Positions 27,667 through 37,900 of a DNA stretch of 64,000 nt are shown here, piece after piece. This stretch comes from Escherichia phage vB_EcoM-G3F7. Location of the stretch: sequence record MZ234035.1; one strand, written 5' to 3'. Positions within the stretch are counted from its first letter, which is position 1. Each line of letters begins with the position of its first letter. The notes below the pieces were generated by a model. The model saw only the letters and a list, made by a program, of their open reading frames with translations. It ran no database searches and was not told where the DNA came from. The position numbers and the translations under genes were made by a program.

Positions 27667-27868
27667 TTCAAAATCTGATTATTTTAATTCTCTCAATGAT
27701 AAAGATAAAAATCTAATACGGCATTTTATTGTTGAGATGGGATATACTGATACACGTGATTTAAGAGAACATATATTTGAATGTGGTGTAGCTAAAAAGT
27801 TTTCATTCACATGCAAATGTTTAAGAGAGGTAATTCAGCATTATGAACAATTTAGTCGCAAAACATAA
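27650..27868 (+). CDS. Hypothetical Cys-containing small protein; start uncertain (TTG 27650 or ATG 27737)
   Basis: Track ORF begins with TTG overlapping the upstream gene. Confidence 0.3.
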   Translation: MAREINSKSDYFNSLNDKDKNLIRHFIVEMGYTDTRDLREHIFECGVAKKFSFTCKCLREVIQHYEQFSRKT

Positions 27869-27951
27869 TTTTAATAAAGCTTCTGTCCATAAAGATAAGA
27901 AGAAAGCGTTTAAAGAATCTAATCGCAAACAGAAACATAAGGGGAAGGTCT

Positions 27952-28230
27952 ATGATTATTGATTCTCAATCTGTGGTTCAATATACAATCAAAATTGATA
28001 TTCTAGAAAAGCTATATAAGTTTCTACCAAATTTATACCACTCAATTGTTAATGAATTAGTTGAAGAACTACATCTTGAGAATAATGATTTCTTGATTGG
28101 AACTTATAAAGACCTCTCAAAAGCAGGATATTTTTACGTAATTCCAGCTCCAGGAAAAAGTATTGATGATGTATTAAAAACTATAATGATTTATGTCCAT
28201 GATTATGAAATTGAAGATTATTTCGAATGA
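27952..28230 (+). CDS. arn: Acidic protein, candidate Arn (anti-restriction DNA mimic) by size and position
   Basis: 92 aa, Asp/Glu-rich, between motA and asiA where T4 arn lies; AAGGGGAAGG SD. Confidence 0.4.
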   Translation: MIIDSQSVVQYTIKIDILEKLYKFLPNLYHSIVNELVEELHLENNDFLIGTYKDLSKAGYFYVIPAPGKSIDDVLKTIMIYVHDYEIEDYFE

Positions 28231-28379
28231 GTTATAATCTTGAAATGGTAATCGAGCATAATGTAGCTCAGGAACGTGAGTCGTTCAAGGAATTCGTAGA
28301 AAAAATTTTTGAAGAAAATAACACAGACCAGTTTACAAATCAAACGTCTGATGATATTATAACAAAGTCAACTAATTGA
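28227..28379 (+). CDS. Hypothetical small acidic protein (50 aa)
   Basis: Hand-translated MSYNLEMVIEHNVAQERESFKEFVEKIFEENNTDQFTNQTSDDIITKSTN; ATGA overlap. Confidence 0.35.
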   Translation: MSYNLEMVIEHNVAQERESFKEFVEKIFEENNTDQFTNQTSDDIITKSTN

Positions 28380-28392
28380 GTGGTATAAGTTA

Positions 28393-28665
28393 ATGAATAA
28401 AAATATTGATACAGTTCGTGAAATTATTACTGTTGCGTCTATTTTGATTAAATTTTCCAGAGAAGATATTGTTGAGAATCGCGCTAATTTTATTGCATTT
28501 CTGAATGAGATTGGAGTAACGCATGAAGGTAGAAAGTTAAATCAGAATTCATTCCGTAAAATTGTTTCTGAATTAACTCAAGAAGATAAGAAAACCCTCA
28601 TCGACGAATTCAACGAGGGTTTTGAGGGTGTATATCGATATCTAGAGATGTATACGAACAAATAA
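28393..28665 (+). CDS. asiA: AsiA anti-sigma-70 factor
   Basis: 90 aa MNKNIDTVREIITVASILIKFSREDIVENRANFIAFLNEIG...; matches T4 AsiA as recalled. Confidence 0.9.
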   Translation: MNKNIDTVREIITVASILIKFSREDIVENRANFIAFLNEIGVTHEGRKLNQNSFRKIVSELTQEDKKTLIDEFNEGFEGVYRYLEMYTNK

Positions 28666-29322
28666 TTATTTAGCCCTTCCTAATATTCTGGCCGCCTGAG
28701 CACATATTGATTCAAGGCGGTCATTACTTATATGATCATTTCTATACCAGTACATGGTTATTGTTCCAGCATAGATATTATCCAAATTAAAATATGGACA
28801 ACTGTACATGTAGTTTATTTCGGGAGTAGGCTTTTTAGTTGGTAAAAAAGCAAATTTTGAGTCGGAATAATAATGACGTCCATTTAAATGAACTGTATAT
28901 TCATCCATAGTTTTATCAACAGGATATCCTCCAAGTGATTTTTCACTTATTGTTGAAGGTAATTTTCCTTCATATGCTATAATATCAACAAAATAGTTTA
29001 AGTTTTTAGGGCGGAAAGAATACACCGCACTAAAGTCTGCCTCAGATGATATATGAACTATCTGGAGTTGTTCCAGGGCGACAGATTCAAAGCGTGCATT
29101 TCTTTCCTTTTCAATAATTTCACTGTATGTTTCATACTTTGATTGCTTATAGTACTCAAAGAAACTATCTCCCCTATACCAAACAATCGCCATCATAAAT
29201 AAAAGAATTACGACAGCTACCCGGGAAGCAAGAACTTTCCCGGTAGCGTTATCTTTGAACAAGCGATCTAGAACACCAAACAGAATACCAGAGGGCGAAA
29301 ATGATATTCTAGGTGCTGCCAT
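28666..29322 (-). CDS. t: Holin T
   Basis: 218 aa with N-terminal TMD and large periplasmic domain; matches T4 T as recalled; AGGAGGG SD. Confidence 0.9.
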   Translation of the reverse strand: MAAPRISFSPSGILFGVLDRLFKDNATGKVLASRVAVVILLFMMAIVWYRGDSFFEYYKQSKYETYSEIIEKERNARFESVALEQLQIVHISSEADFSAVYSFRPKNLNYFVDIIAYEGKLPSTISEKSLGGYPVDKTMDEYTVHLNGRHYYSDSKFAFLPTKKPTPEINYMYSCPYFNLDNIYAGTITMYWYRNDHISNDRLESICAQAARILGRAK

Positions 29323-29355
29323 AGACCCTCCTTTTAAGGGTATTTATTCACATTA

Positions 29356-29552
29356 TACTCTTGGACCATATATTGCTCCAACATTTTGCCATGTTGGAGC
29401 GGACCCTATGACAGCATAACCAGCAGCGCCGCCATTATATTCAGATCCTTGACCGCGAATATTGCATCTACCTCCCGCGGAACCTACTTCACCACCGTTT
29501 CCACCATTATAGATACCATTCACGGATCCTGAGCCAGGTGCAGAAATAGAAT
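29356..29552 (-). other. 38: gp38 C-terminal coding segment lying in a different frame from the main gp38 ORF
   Basis: Minus-strand frame offset by one nt encodes ...[63 protein letters not shown] with stop at 29353-29355. Confidence 0.55.
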
Positions 29553-30107
29553 AGATCCTCCTGGCGCACCAAAAGGACGACCGCCACCACCACCAAAGGT
29601 CAATCTCATTCGTGAAAAAGGAGAATAATATCCGCCGCCGCCACCGCCGCCACCGCCTGCAATAGCTCCGCCATTATTAATTCTTAGTCTCCCACCAATA
29701 TCGTTTTGAATACAATGACCTCCAGCTGAGCCAGGACTATTGCTACCGCCATTACCTCCACGACCATACATCGTTACGCCATGTATATTTAACTGAACAT
29801 ATTCATTTGGTGTATCTCCGTACATGAAGAATAAAGGAACATCTTTAGAATAAGAAACGATATCACCAACAATATTGAATACAATAGGTGCACCGCCAGC
29901 TTCAAAGCATCTATCACGGAACCACTGACCATTAAAATTGTGGTTTGCTCCTACAGTATGAATAATTTCTCGTGAGCGACCTGCAAATTGACTCATCCAG
30001 CAAGGAACACCCAATCTTAATTGACCAGCCGCTTGACTCATCCAGCGCTGTCCTGTTTCATTTGCGGCTGAACTTCCAATCCAACCAGGAACACCAACTA
30101 CTGCCAT
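29520..30107 (-). CDS. 38: Tail-fibre adhesin gp38, T2-type with glycine-rich motifs; ORF ends prematurely at an apparent frameshift
   Basis: 195-codon [16 protein letters not shown]...[35 protein letters not shown] then out-of-frame tail; not the T4-type gp38 chaperone. Confidence 0.7.
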   Translation of the reverse strand: MAVVGVPGWIGSSAANETGQRWMSQAAGQLRLGVPCWMSQFAGRSREIIHTVGANHNFNGQWFRDRCFEAGGAPIVFNIVGDIVSYSKDVPLFFMYGDTPNEYVQLNIHGVTMYGRGGNGGSNSPGSAGGHCIQNDIGGRLRINNGGAIAGGGGGGGGGYYSPFSRMRLTFGGGGGRPFGAPGGSILFLHLAQDP

Positions 30108-30120
30108 AATTTATACTCCA

Positions 30121-30139
30121 AAGGGGGCATTTCCCCCTT
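30121..30139 (-). other. Perfect 7-bp stem-loop between genes 37 and 38
   Basis: AAGGGGG-CATTT-CCCCCTT between gp37 stop and gp38 SD; no U-tract, so more likely an RNA structure than a terminator. Confidence 0.35.
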
Positions 30140-30143
30140 GTTG

Positions 30144-33092
30144 TTAGAATTTAAAATATTTACTAATTTTGCGAGCAATTTTAGTAAAGAGAGGCGTTTT
30201 CAATTCTTTAATTTCTTCACTCATTTCCTGAATAGCCTTAATTAAAAGAGCATTCACAGCAGAGTTAGAAATTGTCAGAACATCAGATCCATCAACTTCA
30301 ACTTTAGATACAGCTTCCGGTAATTCCTTTTCAAGGTCCTGAGCAATAATACCAACTTCACGTTTAATAACACTACGGTCTTTAATAGACTTAACTTTAT
30401 CGTAAATATAAACTTTCAGTCGGCAAACTTTTTCGACTGCTCCATATTCTAATTCTTCTTTATTAATCTTGAGACGGGAGTCAGAACGAATATACACATC
30501 GCTAAAGCTACCATTTCCTGGTGTATAAAAGAATCCATCATGATGGAATTCAAACACAGCTTGTGGGTGTCCAGCATCAGGAGAAGCCTCCGTGGATCCG
30601 ACACGAATGATTGCTTGCCCCCACTGTGATGGAATACGACGCATACCAAAGTCAACAGCGGTGCTATATCCTTGATTGGTTATAACGCTTCTTGCTTTAA
30701 GAATAGGATAATAACTATCTTGACCAACATAACCATGATCAACGAATAATGGAGCTTCTACTCGCCATTGGTTGCCCCAATCACCCGGTTGTCTAGCAAT
30801 CCATCCAGAACCGTTAATGTGTACACGGTCACGGTTAACGTTAACCATTGCGGTATTTTGCGGGTTTAACGCAATCTCACCATTGTTTGTGATATGTACT
30901 GCCGCCTGAGAAGCATAGCTATAAAATGCTAGCGAATTATCAGCACCACCCTTGCCAATATACCAGTTACCAGTCCCGTCTATGTCACCGCGAATATGCA
31001 AAGAATTACTAGCAGTTGTTGATAATACAATAGAATCATTAGGTGCATTGATTGTTAACCGACCTGTCATCGTATCACCGCCTTTACCTAGGCGAGTATT
31101 CAAGGCAGCATCTAAATTGGTTGCATCGTTGTATTTCTTCCAGATTGAACCAGCAATGTTACCATCAGTGTTCAAGAATGCTGCGCCAGCATAAACTCGG
31201 CTTTGTGACATGAATCGGCCAGACGGCAAGAAACGCCATATAGCTAATTCAGTGGCTGTAGTTCCAGTAGCGGATAAATCACCCTGAGCAACGATACGAT
31301 ATTCTGAACTAGCAATATCCATACCAGAAGCCATAGTAATATTTGTTACAGTGTTTTTCTGTTTAACAATTGGCGCAAACTGGTTTTTATTTGAATCGTC
31401 AATAGCCTGATATAATGGCGCAATGGTAGTATTCTGATTTGCGTAAGTATTAGAACCAGAACCGCTAGCAGGGGCTTGAATATATGCTCCTGGAGCAAGT
31501 GAAATTTTCTGATTAGCACCAAGATTAACAGCAGCAGTGATATTCAGCAATCCCCTAAAGTTTTGTTGAGCAGTCCAAGTGTGTGATCCGTCTTCAAGAA
31601 CAACACGACGACAAGTATTAGTCCTACTTCCTGGATTACCAGCGATACGAACAACGAAATAACGATAGTTCGCCTGAGATACAGTACCGCGCCACACTTG
31701 AACAGTTCGACCCGTTCCGGTATGTTCGCTAGGACCGACAGAAAACATAACCAGGTTTCCATCAATCGTGCCCCAATCCATATTTGCTGGCATATTCTTT
31801 ATTTTGTTCAAAGGAACACTAAACATACTACCAGGGACAAAATCAAAGGTTTGCCAATCTAACTCCGCTAATTGAGCTTTAATACCACCCATACCCAAAG
31901 TAATTGGCAGAGAATAAGATGTATATACTTCGTTCCATGCACCCCACGCACCACCAGTATATGCACGCTCAAAAATACGATCGCGAGTAGTTGCACCCGT
32001 TCCTGCGGTAGTGAAACGTTGGAAAATAGCACCGCCAGAAGCACGCTGTTTAACTTCCAGCAAACCAACAATAACAGTCGGCAAACCTTCACCTGTAGGA
32101 CAGTTAATAACGGCATCAGTGCCTAAAATATTATATAACCCGGGAGTTTTAAAATCATTCAGATCTCCATCATAGAAAGTCGCTGGTGTGCCATGACCAA
32201 CCTGCTTCCATTCCTCCCACTTAGGTGCACTAGCATCCCATGCAGCAGCGAGACAACGAGTATAAACCATACCCATGCGGGTAGTATAACGCTGAGTTCT
32301 CGTGTATAAACCACCTTCAAATATTTCTAAAAATCCTTGTGCGGCTGATCCTTCTTCTGGATAATGGCGATCAAATGATGCGATTGCGCTTGAACTGTTT
32401 CGCCATAAGCCACAATGTTCTAATTTTCCCAAGCTATCAAGGTCAATCGTTTGTGAAAGTGGACGAGTTGACGCTTGAACATTACGCCACACACCCCATG
32501 GACCATCGACGCCATTCCATTTAGCAGATAAGGAACGAATATAGACGTTACCAGATCTTACAGTATAACGCTGAGTGCCAGCAAATTGGCCGGCCACAAA
32601 CACTTCTAGTACACCTACGGCATTTTCTTCTGGGAATTTATTTGCTGGTTGCGCATTTGTTGAAGTAGATTTCGACCAAACACCAAGATATTCTTCAATG
32701 GGCCCATACGTATCTAAATTAGCATCAGTAGGTAATTCGCCATTATTTTTTATAAATGTTGTGCTATTGACATTTATGTCAGATGGAGTTAAGGTAATGT
32801 CCTTTGACCCATCAAAAGATATACCATTAATTTTCCTAGGTGTTTGCAATTTAGTAGCTGTGCTAGAATTTCCAATTAAAGTTCCAGTTATATTTTCTGT
32901 AACCTCTAAAGACCCATTTATAGTTCCTCCATATTTTAAACCTAATTCTATAACACTACCTGAGTCATCTTTTGTGAAAATTGTTTTATCTTTTAAGTTT
33001 ATAGCCAATTCACCTTCGGCTAATACTGAAGCAGCAGGACGTTGACCTGCAGTTTTGCTTCTTTTAAATTGTATTTGTTTTAAAGTAGCCAT
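30144..33092 (-). CDS. 37: Long tail fibre distal subunit gp37 (T2-type)
   Basis: 982 aa; N-terminus [13 protein letters not shown] conserved with T4 gp37, remainder divergent from T4 as I recall it. Confidence 0.88.
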   Translation of the reverse strand: MATLKQIQFKRSKTAGQRPAASVLAEGELAINLKDKTIFTKDDSGSVIELGLKYGGTINGSLEVTENITGTLIGNSSTATKLQTPRKINGISFDGSKDITLTPSDINVNSTTFIKNNGELPTDANLDTYGPIEEYLGVWSKSTSTNAQPANKFPEENAVGVLEVFVAGQFAGTQRYTVRSGNVYIRSLSAKWNGVDGPWGVWRNVQASTRPLSQTIDLDSLGKLEHCGLWRNSSSAIASFDRHYPEEGSAAQGFLEIFEGGLYTRTQRYTTRMGMVYTRCLAAAWDASAPKWEEWKQVGHGTPATFYDGDLNDFKTPGLYNILGTDAVINCPTGEGLPTVIVGLLEVKQRASGGAIFQRFTTAGTGATTRDRIFERAYTGGAWGAWNEVYTSYSLPITLGMGGIKAQLAELDWQTFDFVPGSMFSVPLNKIKNMPANMDWGTIDGNLVMFSVGPSEHTGTGRTVQVWRGTVSQANYRYFVVRIAGNPGSRTNTCRRVVLEDGSHTWTAQQNFRGLLNITAAVNLGANQKISLAPGAYIQAPASGSGSNTYANQNTTIAPLYQAIDDSNKNQFAPIVKQKNTVTNITMASGMDIASSEYRIVAQGDLSATGTTATELAIWRFLPSGRFMSQSRVYAGAAFLNTDGNIAGSIWKKYNDATNLDAALNTRLGKGGDTMTGRLTINAPNDSIVLSTTASNSLHIRGDIDGTGNWYIGKGGADNSLAFYSYASQAAVHITNNGEIALNPQNTAMVNVNRDRVHINGSGWIARQPGDWGNQWRVEAPLFVDHGYVGQDSYYPILKARSVITNQGYSTAVDFGMRRIPSQWGQAIIRVGSTEASPDAGHPQAVFEFHHDGFFYTPGNGSFSDVYIRSDSRLKINKEELEYGAVEKVCRLKVYIYDKVKSIKDRSVIKREVGIIAQDLEKELPEAVSKVEVDGSDVLTISNSAVNALLIKAIQEMSEEIKELKTPLFTKIARKISKYFKF

Positions 33093-33100
33093 AAGTCCTC

Positions 33101-33751
33101 TTAATAATAGCCGAAATCTTGAACAGAATCCTTAATTACGATTTGGTCAAATCGTGGAACGTGTGAAGGTTGAGATGCAGGATTCTGTGAAAAAAGGTTT
33201 GGCGCAGTTAAATTTCCTGTCATAGTGTCTCCAGAGCGTAATACCCTAGAGTTTGCATTTGCTGTAACAGTATTTATTGCTCCATCAACATAATCTTTGC
33301 GAGTAACATCAGATGCTGCGGAAGGAGTAGATGTAACAGTTACCGATGGAGCCGTTACAGCCCTGGTAAATGTTGTCAAACCTTCTGGCGTAATAGTAAT
33401 TTGTCCAGTAGTGATTTCACTACCTGCAGGTCTAAAACTAATACCACCGGAAGAGCCGCCAACTACAAGAGTATTACCAGTGCCGCCACCAGAACGAATT
33501 CGGATAGGGGTTTCATTATTACTTAATTGAAGATAACTATTTACCCCGTAATTAATAGTAATTGGACCGGCGTAAGTACCACCATTAGCTTTAGAAACGA
33601 AATCGTTATCAGCTGCCTGCGGTTTATTATATTCTGAATATATTTTAAATGATTTGTAGAGTACATCGTCACCGGCTGAATTCAATGGAAAATTTCCTTG
33701 ATGCCAAATGACAGATCCACCCACAGTTGAACCTACTTTTAAATCAGCCAT
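33101..33751 (-). CDS. 36: Long tail fibre hinge protein gp36
   Basis: 216 aa; N- and C-termini match T4 gp36 as recalled, central part divergent. Confidence 0.88.
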   Translation of the reverse strand: MADLKVGSTVGGSVIWHQGNFPLNSAGDDVLYKSFKIYSEYNKPQAADNDFVSKANGGTYAGPITINYGVNSYLQLSNNETPIRIRSGGGTGNTLVVGGSSGGISFRPAGSEITTGQITITPEGLTTFTRAVTAPSVTVTSTPSAASDVTRKDYVDGAINTVTANANSRVLRSGDTMTGNLTAPNLFSQNPASQPSHVPRFDQIVIKDSVQDFGYY

Positions 33752-33774
33752 TATATGCCCCTTTATTTTAATAT

Positions 33775-33782
33775 TATTTATA
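33775..33782 (-). promoter_or_regulatory. T4 late promoter TATAAATA (minus strand) upstream of gene 36
   Basis: Plus-strand TATTTATA is the reverse complement of TATAAATA, ~25 nt upstream of gene 36 ATG. Confidence 0.55.
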
Positions 33783-33790
33783 AAGAAAAA

Positions 33791-33808
33791 GGGAACCCGA
33801 AGGCTCCC
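33791..33808 (-). terminator. Stem-loop terminator after gene 35 (minus strand)
   Basis: Minus strand GGGAGCC-UUCG-GGUUCCC followed by U-rich tract. Confidence 0.5.
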
Positions 33809-33813
33809 TCAGT

Positions 33814-34929
33814 TTAAACTTCTCTAAATTCCTGTCCAAACACTTTGCCAGTTTTAGAAGAGGCTTGTGTAGGAAGTACCATTATATCTGGAGGTGAAGC
33901 CGATTCACAGACATAATTAACGCGAATACCGTTGACGCCAAATTCGGCAGGTTTTGAAATGCCGCCATTTCTTGATACTTCAGAAAAACTTAAATTTCTC
34001 ATGCCGCCTTGACCTGCTTGAGCAGTTCTTTGTGCATATATCGTAAATCCTACGGCGTTTTCTGGAACAACTACATAGTCTTCTTTTAATTCCCAAGACC
34101 CAGCTTGCCCAGTAAACTCAGCTTGGGTCGAGGAAATATATCCATTTGATGCATCATAAAAACGAATGGATATGTTTGTAGTTCCAAGATCAAGTAAATC
34201 AGCATCAGCATATAACTGTGCTTTAAGATAAAGAACATCACCGGGAATTAAATTATAGTCAGAAAGTTTACTTATAGCAGCTGAAGTTGGCAATCGCGCA
34301 ATTTCGTTATTAGTTCCACCAACTGCTGACATGAATTGCTCTACACTTTCATAAGTTCTTTTTGGAAATCCTGTCGCTCCGACGTCTTCTAAACTATCAA
34401 ATACAACATCTAAAATAGTTTGATAATCATCTGTGCTTTTTCTATTACTTAGTTTAACATGCTCTAATGCAATAGCTCTTTTAGAAGAAGTATAAAAAGC
34501 AGCATATGATACGTCAAATCTTGACAATACTGAATCTGATGGAAAAACTGAAGTTCCTGCTCCCCTTAACCAAGATACCACTTCAGGAGGAAAATTAACC
34601 TTTCCGCTAGTTAATATAGCAACAAGTCTATTGTTTGACAAAGAATTCATGAAACTGACAAAAGCGGCAGATGTTGTATTGTTTGAAGCAGAAAAAGCAT
34701 ATGACTTGCTATCAACTAATGCTCCCGTAGAAGGGTCAAAAACTCTTAAATGAAGACCTGCACTAAATGTTTGATTTCCAACGGGATTATCCTGAAATTT
34801 AACATATGGCCCCGCAGTAGAAAGCGGGCAAGAACCCGCTATGCTTATTTTGTATCTTACTGAATTACTTTCCGATAAAAATGGCGTTTGGACGTATCCT
34901 TGTCCAAACTCTGCCATAAATTTTTCCAT
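33814..34929 (-). CDS. 35: Long tail fibre proximal connector gp35
   Basis: 371 aa MEKFMAEFGQGYVQTPFLSESNSVRYKISIAGSCPLSTAGP...; near-identical to T4 gp35 as recalled. Confidence 0.9.
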   Translation of the reverse strand: MEKFMAEFGQGYVQTPFLSESNSVRYKISIAGSCPLSTAGPYVKFQDNPVGNQTFSAGLHLRVFDPSTGALVDSKSYAFSASNNTTSAAFVSFMNSLSNNRLVAILTSGKVNFPPEVVSWLRGAGTSVFPSDSVLSRFDVSYAAFYTSSKRAIALEHVKLSNRKSTDDYQTILDVVFDSLEDVGATGFPKRTYESVEQFMSAVGGTNNEIARLPTSAAISKLSDYNLIPGDVLYLKAQLYADADLLDLGTTNISIRFYDASNGYISSTQAEFTGQAGSWELKEDYVVVPENAVGFTIYAQRTAQAGQGGMRNLSFSEVSRNGGISKPAEFGVNGIRVNYVCESASPPDIMVLPTQASSKTGKVFGQEFREV

Positions 34930-34937
34930 AATACCTC

Positions 34938-37900
34938 TTATTCAACCCATTCAAATTTAACAGTTTTATTCACTGGGTCAGGAATAATGCGAACATTACC
35001 AATTCGTAAGAAATCACGAATAGTAAGATTACCTATTATTCCATTATCAGATGGGATTGCTCCTATATCCGAAGGTTGAGGAGGGTTACCTCCATCAAAT
35101 ACCTGAACAAAACTTGACCAAGAATTTTTAGTTTTCTGCCATGTACGCGTCCAGCGAGTGGTACGTGCTTCTGGAGTCGTTGGATAAGTAATCCAATCTT
35201 GGTAAAGCGAATCAAGTGTGTTACCAAACTGAGTCAATGTACCAGGAGATTTAACTTCTTCGCCACGTTCTAAGTATGGAAGTCCAGTCACTTCATTAGT
35301 TTTTTCAACCATTTTAAAATAACCTGGGAACTGATTATAAGTGGCTGAATCGTTAATATCAATTGACCAGAATCCTACAGTATCAGATGTTGGAGCGCGG
35401 GTGTATAAATCAGATGTTTTAGTGCCCTGAGAACGAATTCTCGAGTTAACAGTTAAACCACCTGAATTTATAGTAGCACCTTTGGCAATGATTAAGCTTT
35501 CACCAATCGTTACTTGGCCAGATGCATTATTAATAGCTAAAGGACGTAATCCATTAAATCCACCAGTCTGATCACCCGATGCAGTAAGCATAAAATTCGT
35601 TACTGATCCATCATTGCGAACAATGAAACCATAATTTCCGTTAATAGCACGGAAAGCATTTGCGCTTCGAGAAATAATTTCACCAGTTGCAGTGACTGAA
35701 TTACCAAATGTTGCTACACCATTTGCATTCAATGTTCCTGAAGCATTAACATTTATCGGTGTTACTGTACCGTTGATATTAAATGTTATATTTCCAGCTT
35801 TATTACGCTGAGAATAAAAATGACTAGACGTTTCATCACTAACTTCAAATACGGTAGAACGTGTTGTGTCTGATTCCCCGCTAAATTGATTTCCCCACAC
35901 TCTGACTGTCATCGTTTGAGCCGGGTTTGTTCCAGTTTGAGGTCCTTTCTCAAAAATCAGACGAGTTGCCGTTCCAGTATTAGAAATAGTTAATGTACTA
36001 TTTGCTGAAACTGATCCACCGAATGTAGCAGTACTAGATGATACAAGAGGGGCACCCAGATTCGTTTGTTGGGTTAAGGTTAGTGAACCATTAACTGTTT
36101 GTGCAATGTCCCTACGAATGAACTGGAGCGAATCTAGACCATCTAATAAATTACTATCTACAGCTTTTGCTTTTAATGGCAAATAATTTGCTAATACGCG
36201 ATTTAATTCATATGGTGATACTGCATAACCATTTTTCTCATATGATTCTAATGGCTGTGTTGAACCTACCGTATCATTACCAACAAACGTTAATGAACCA
36301 GAAGAAGTTTTAACAAACCCTCTTATCAGAGTAGTTGCTGCCCAAGTTGGTTCACTCTGCACAATCCATTTTAAATTTTTTGGAGATACAGCAGTATTTG
36401 CTGACGTTCCAGTCACAGTTTCAGACTGAGTTGCAACTTTAATAACACCTTCTTGCGATTCGGTAGATTTAGTACCTAAAAGCTTTTTAGGAGTTATTAA
36501 AACATTATCTAATGTTCCTGCAGCAGCTTCAACTTGTGTAGCTACACGAAGTGTACCACGCTGTGTCTCATTTGCTTCAAGAATATTAAGGGTATAATGG
36601 TCCCAGAGAGTTCCTGATTCAACTAATCCAGATAGAGCAACAACAGAAGTACGATCAGTACTATTAAATCTGGTTTTAATTTTTAATGGTGTAGAGATAC
36701 GAGTATCGTCGACGCCTGCGTCGAATTCAACTTGCGTAGCAATTTCAGCTATACCACTTAAACTTTCAGTTGCTCTACGGTCATTTAAAGTTTTAGGAGT
36801 GACTGCGCGAGTATAATCAGTTCCTGTATTAACTTCGCTTTGCGTAGCAATTTCAATTAAACCAATTCTTCCATCAGTTGATGTCTTTTTATGTAACGTT
36901 TCTGGTGTTACAACCGCATTTGCCCATCCTTCTTGGCTTTGTCCAGCAATTACTTCACTTTCAACTGCTAAAATTACTGCGCCTTGTTGCGTTGGAGTAG
37001 CTTTATACTGATCCAAAGCTTTAGGTGAAACAACTAAATTATTAGTGTTTTTATTATAAACATTCGTACCATTTAATTCACGACTAGAAGCTGGAGTAGC
37101 TCCTGCGGTAGATACAAAAGTTACAATACCAGATAATGATTCAGAACCTTGACGAGCTTGAAGCTTTTTAGGAGTGATGATTGTAGTATCATCAGTACCT
37201 GTATTAGTTTCCTGCTGCGTAGCAATTTCAGCGACACCTCTACGAGTTTCTGTAGCAGTTCTTTCATTCAGCTTTTTAGGAGTGATGATAAGGTCATCTG
37301 CAAAAGAGAATGTGGTGTTCTGATTTACTTGAGCAGTAGTTGCTATTCTTGCAATACCTCTGCGAGTTTCAGTAGCAGTACGATTAGCTAACGTTTCTGG
37401 AGTAATTGCCAATTCTTTTTGCGGAGAATTTTCTAAATCAGCATTTGCTTGAGCTTGTGTAGCTAAAGCAATTACGCCTAATCTTGCTCTAGTAGAAGCA
37501 TTTAAAGAGTCTACTCTTTCTACAGTTGGAACGTTTTGCTGTACAACCCAGTATTTTCCATCAGAATCTTCTATATAAGCAAGTTGTAAAACTGGAACAT
37601 AATTAGTTTCACCGTTAAAAACTAATTCTTGAACTGTTACCCATTCAGCTTCAGGCGGATATTCTGAACGTTTTGGGAATTGCAGCAATTGAACTGAAGA
37701 AGCAATTTTATCTTCACCAGCAGCTTTGATTTTAACTGTTTGTCCTTTTCTCATGTAATTCATGGAAATTTTAACAGTATCACCAACAGAAATATCAGTC
37801 GGAAGCTGAAGTTCAATTGTTTGGGTTGTTCCATTATTCGCGCCAAATACCATGACTTCTTCATTTGGACGAATATTTGAATTAGTTGTTATAATGCGTA

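Noticed and set aside
29580-29700. Short tandem GGC/GGT repeats in gene 38 as a CRISPR-like or VNTR repeat
   Set aside because: They encode the poly-glycine motifs of the adhesin and are in frame; no spacer-repeat architecture.
30108-30117. TATAAATT (minus strand) as a late promoter for gene 38
   Set aside because: It abuts the gene 38 start codon, so a transcript initiating there could not include the ORF; more likely part of the RBS context.
30952-33530. Several plus-strand ORFs (30952, 31872, 32339, 32575, 33297) antisense to tail-fibre genes 37 and 36
   Set aside because: All lie within long conserved minus-strand structural genes; Pro/Ser/Thr-rich products typical of antisense frames.
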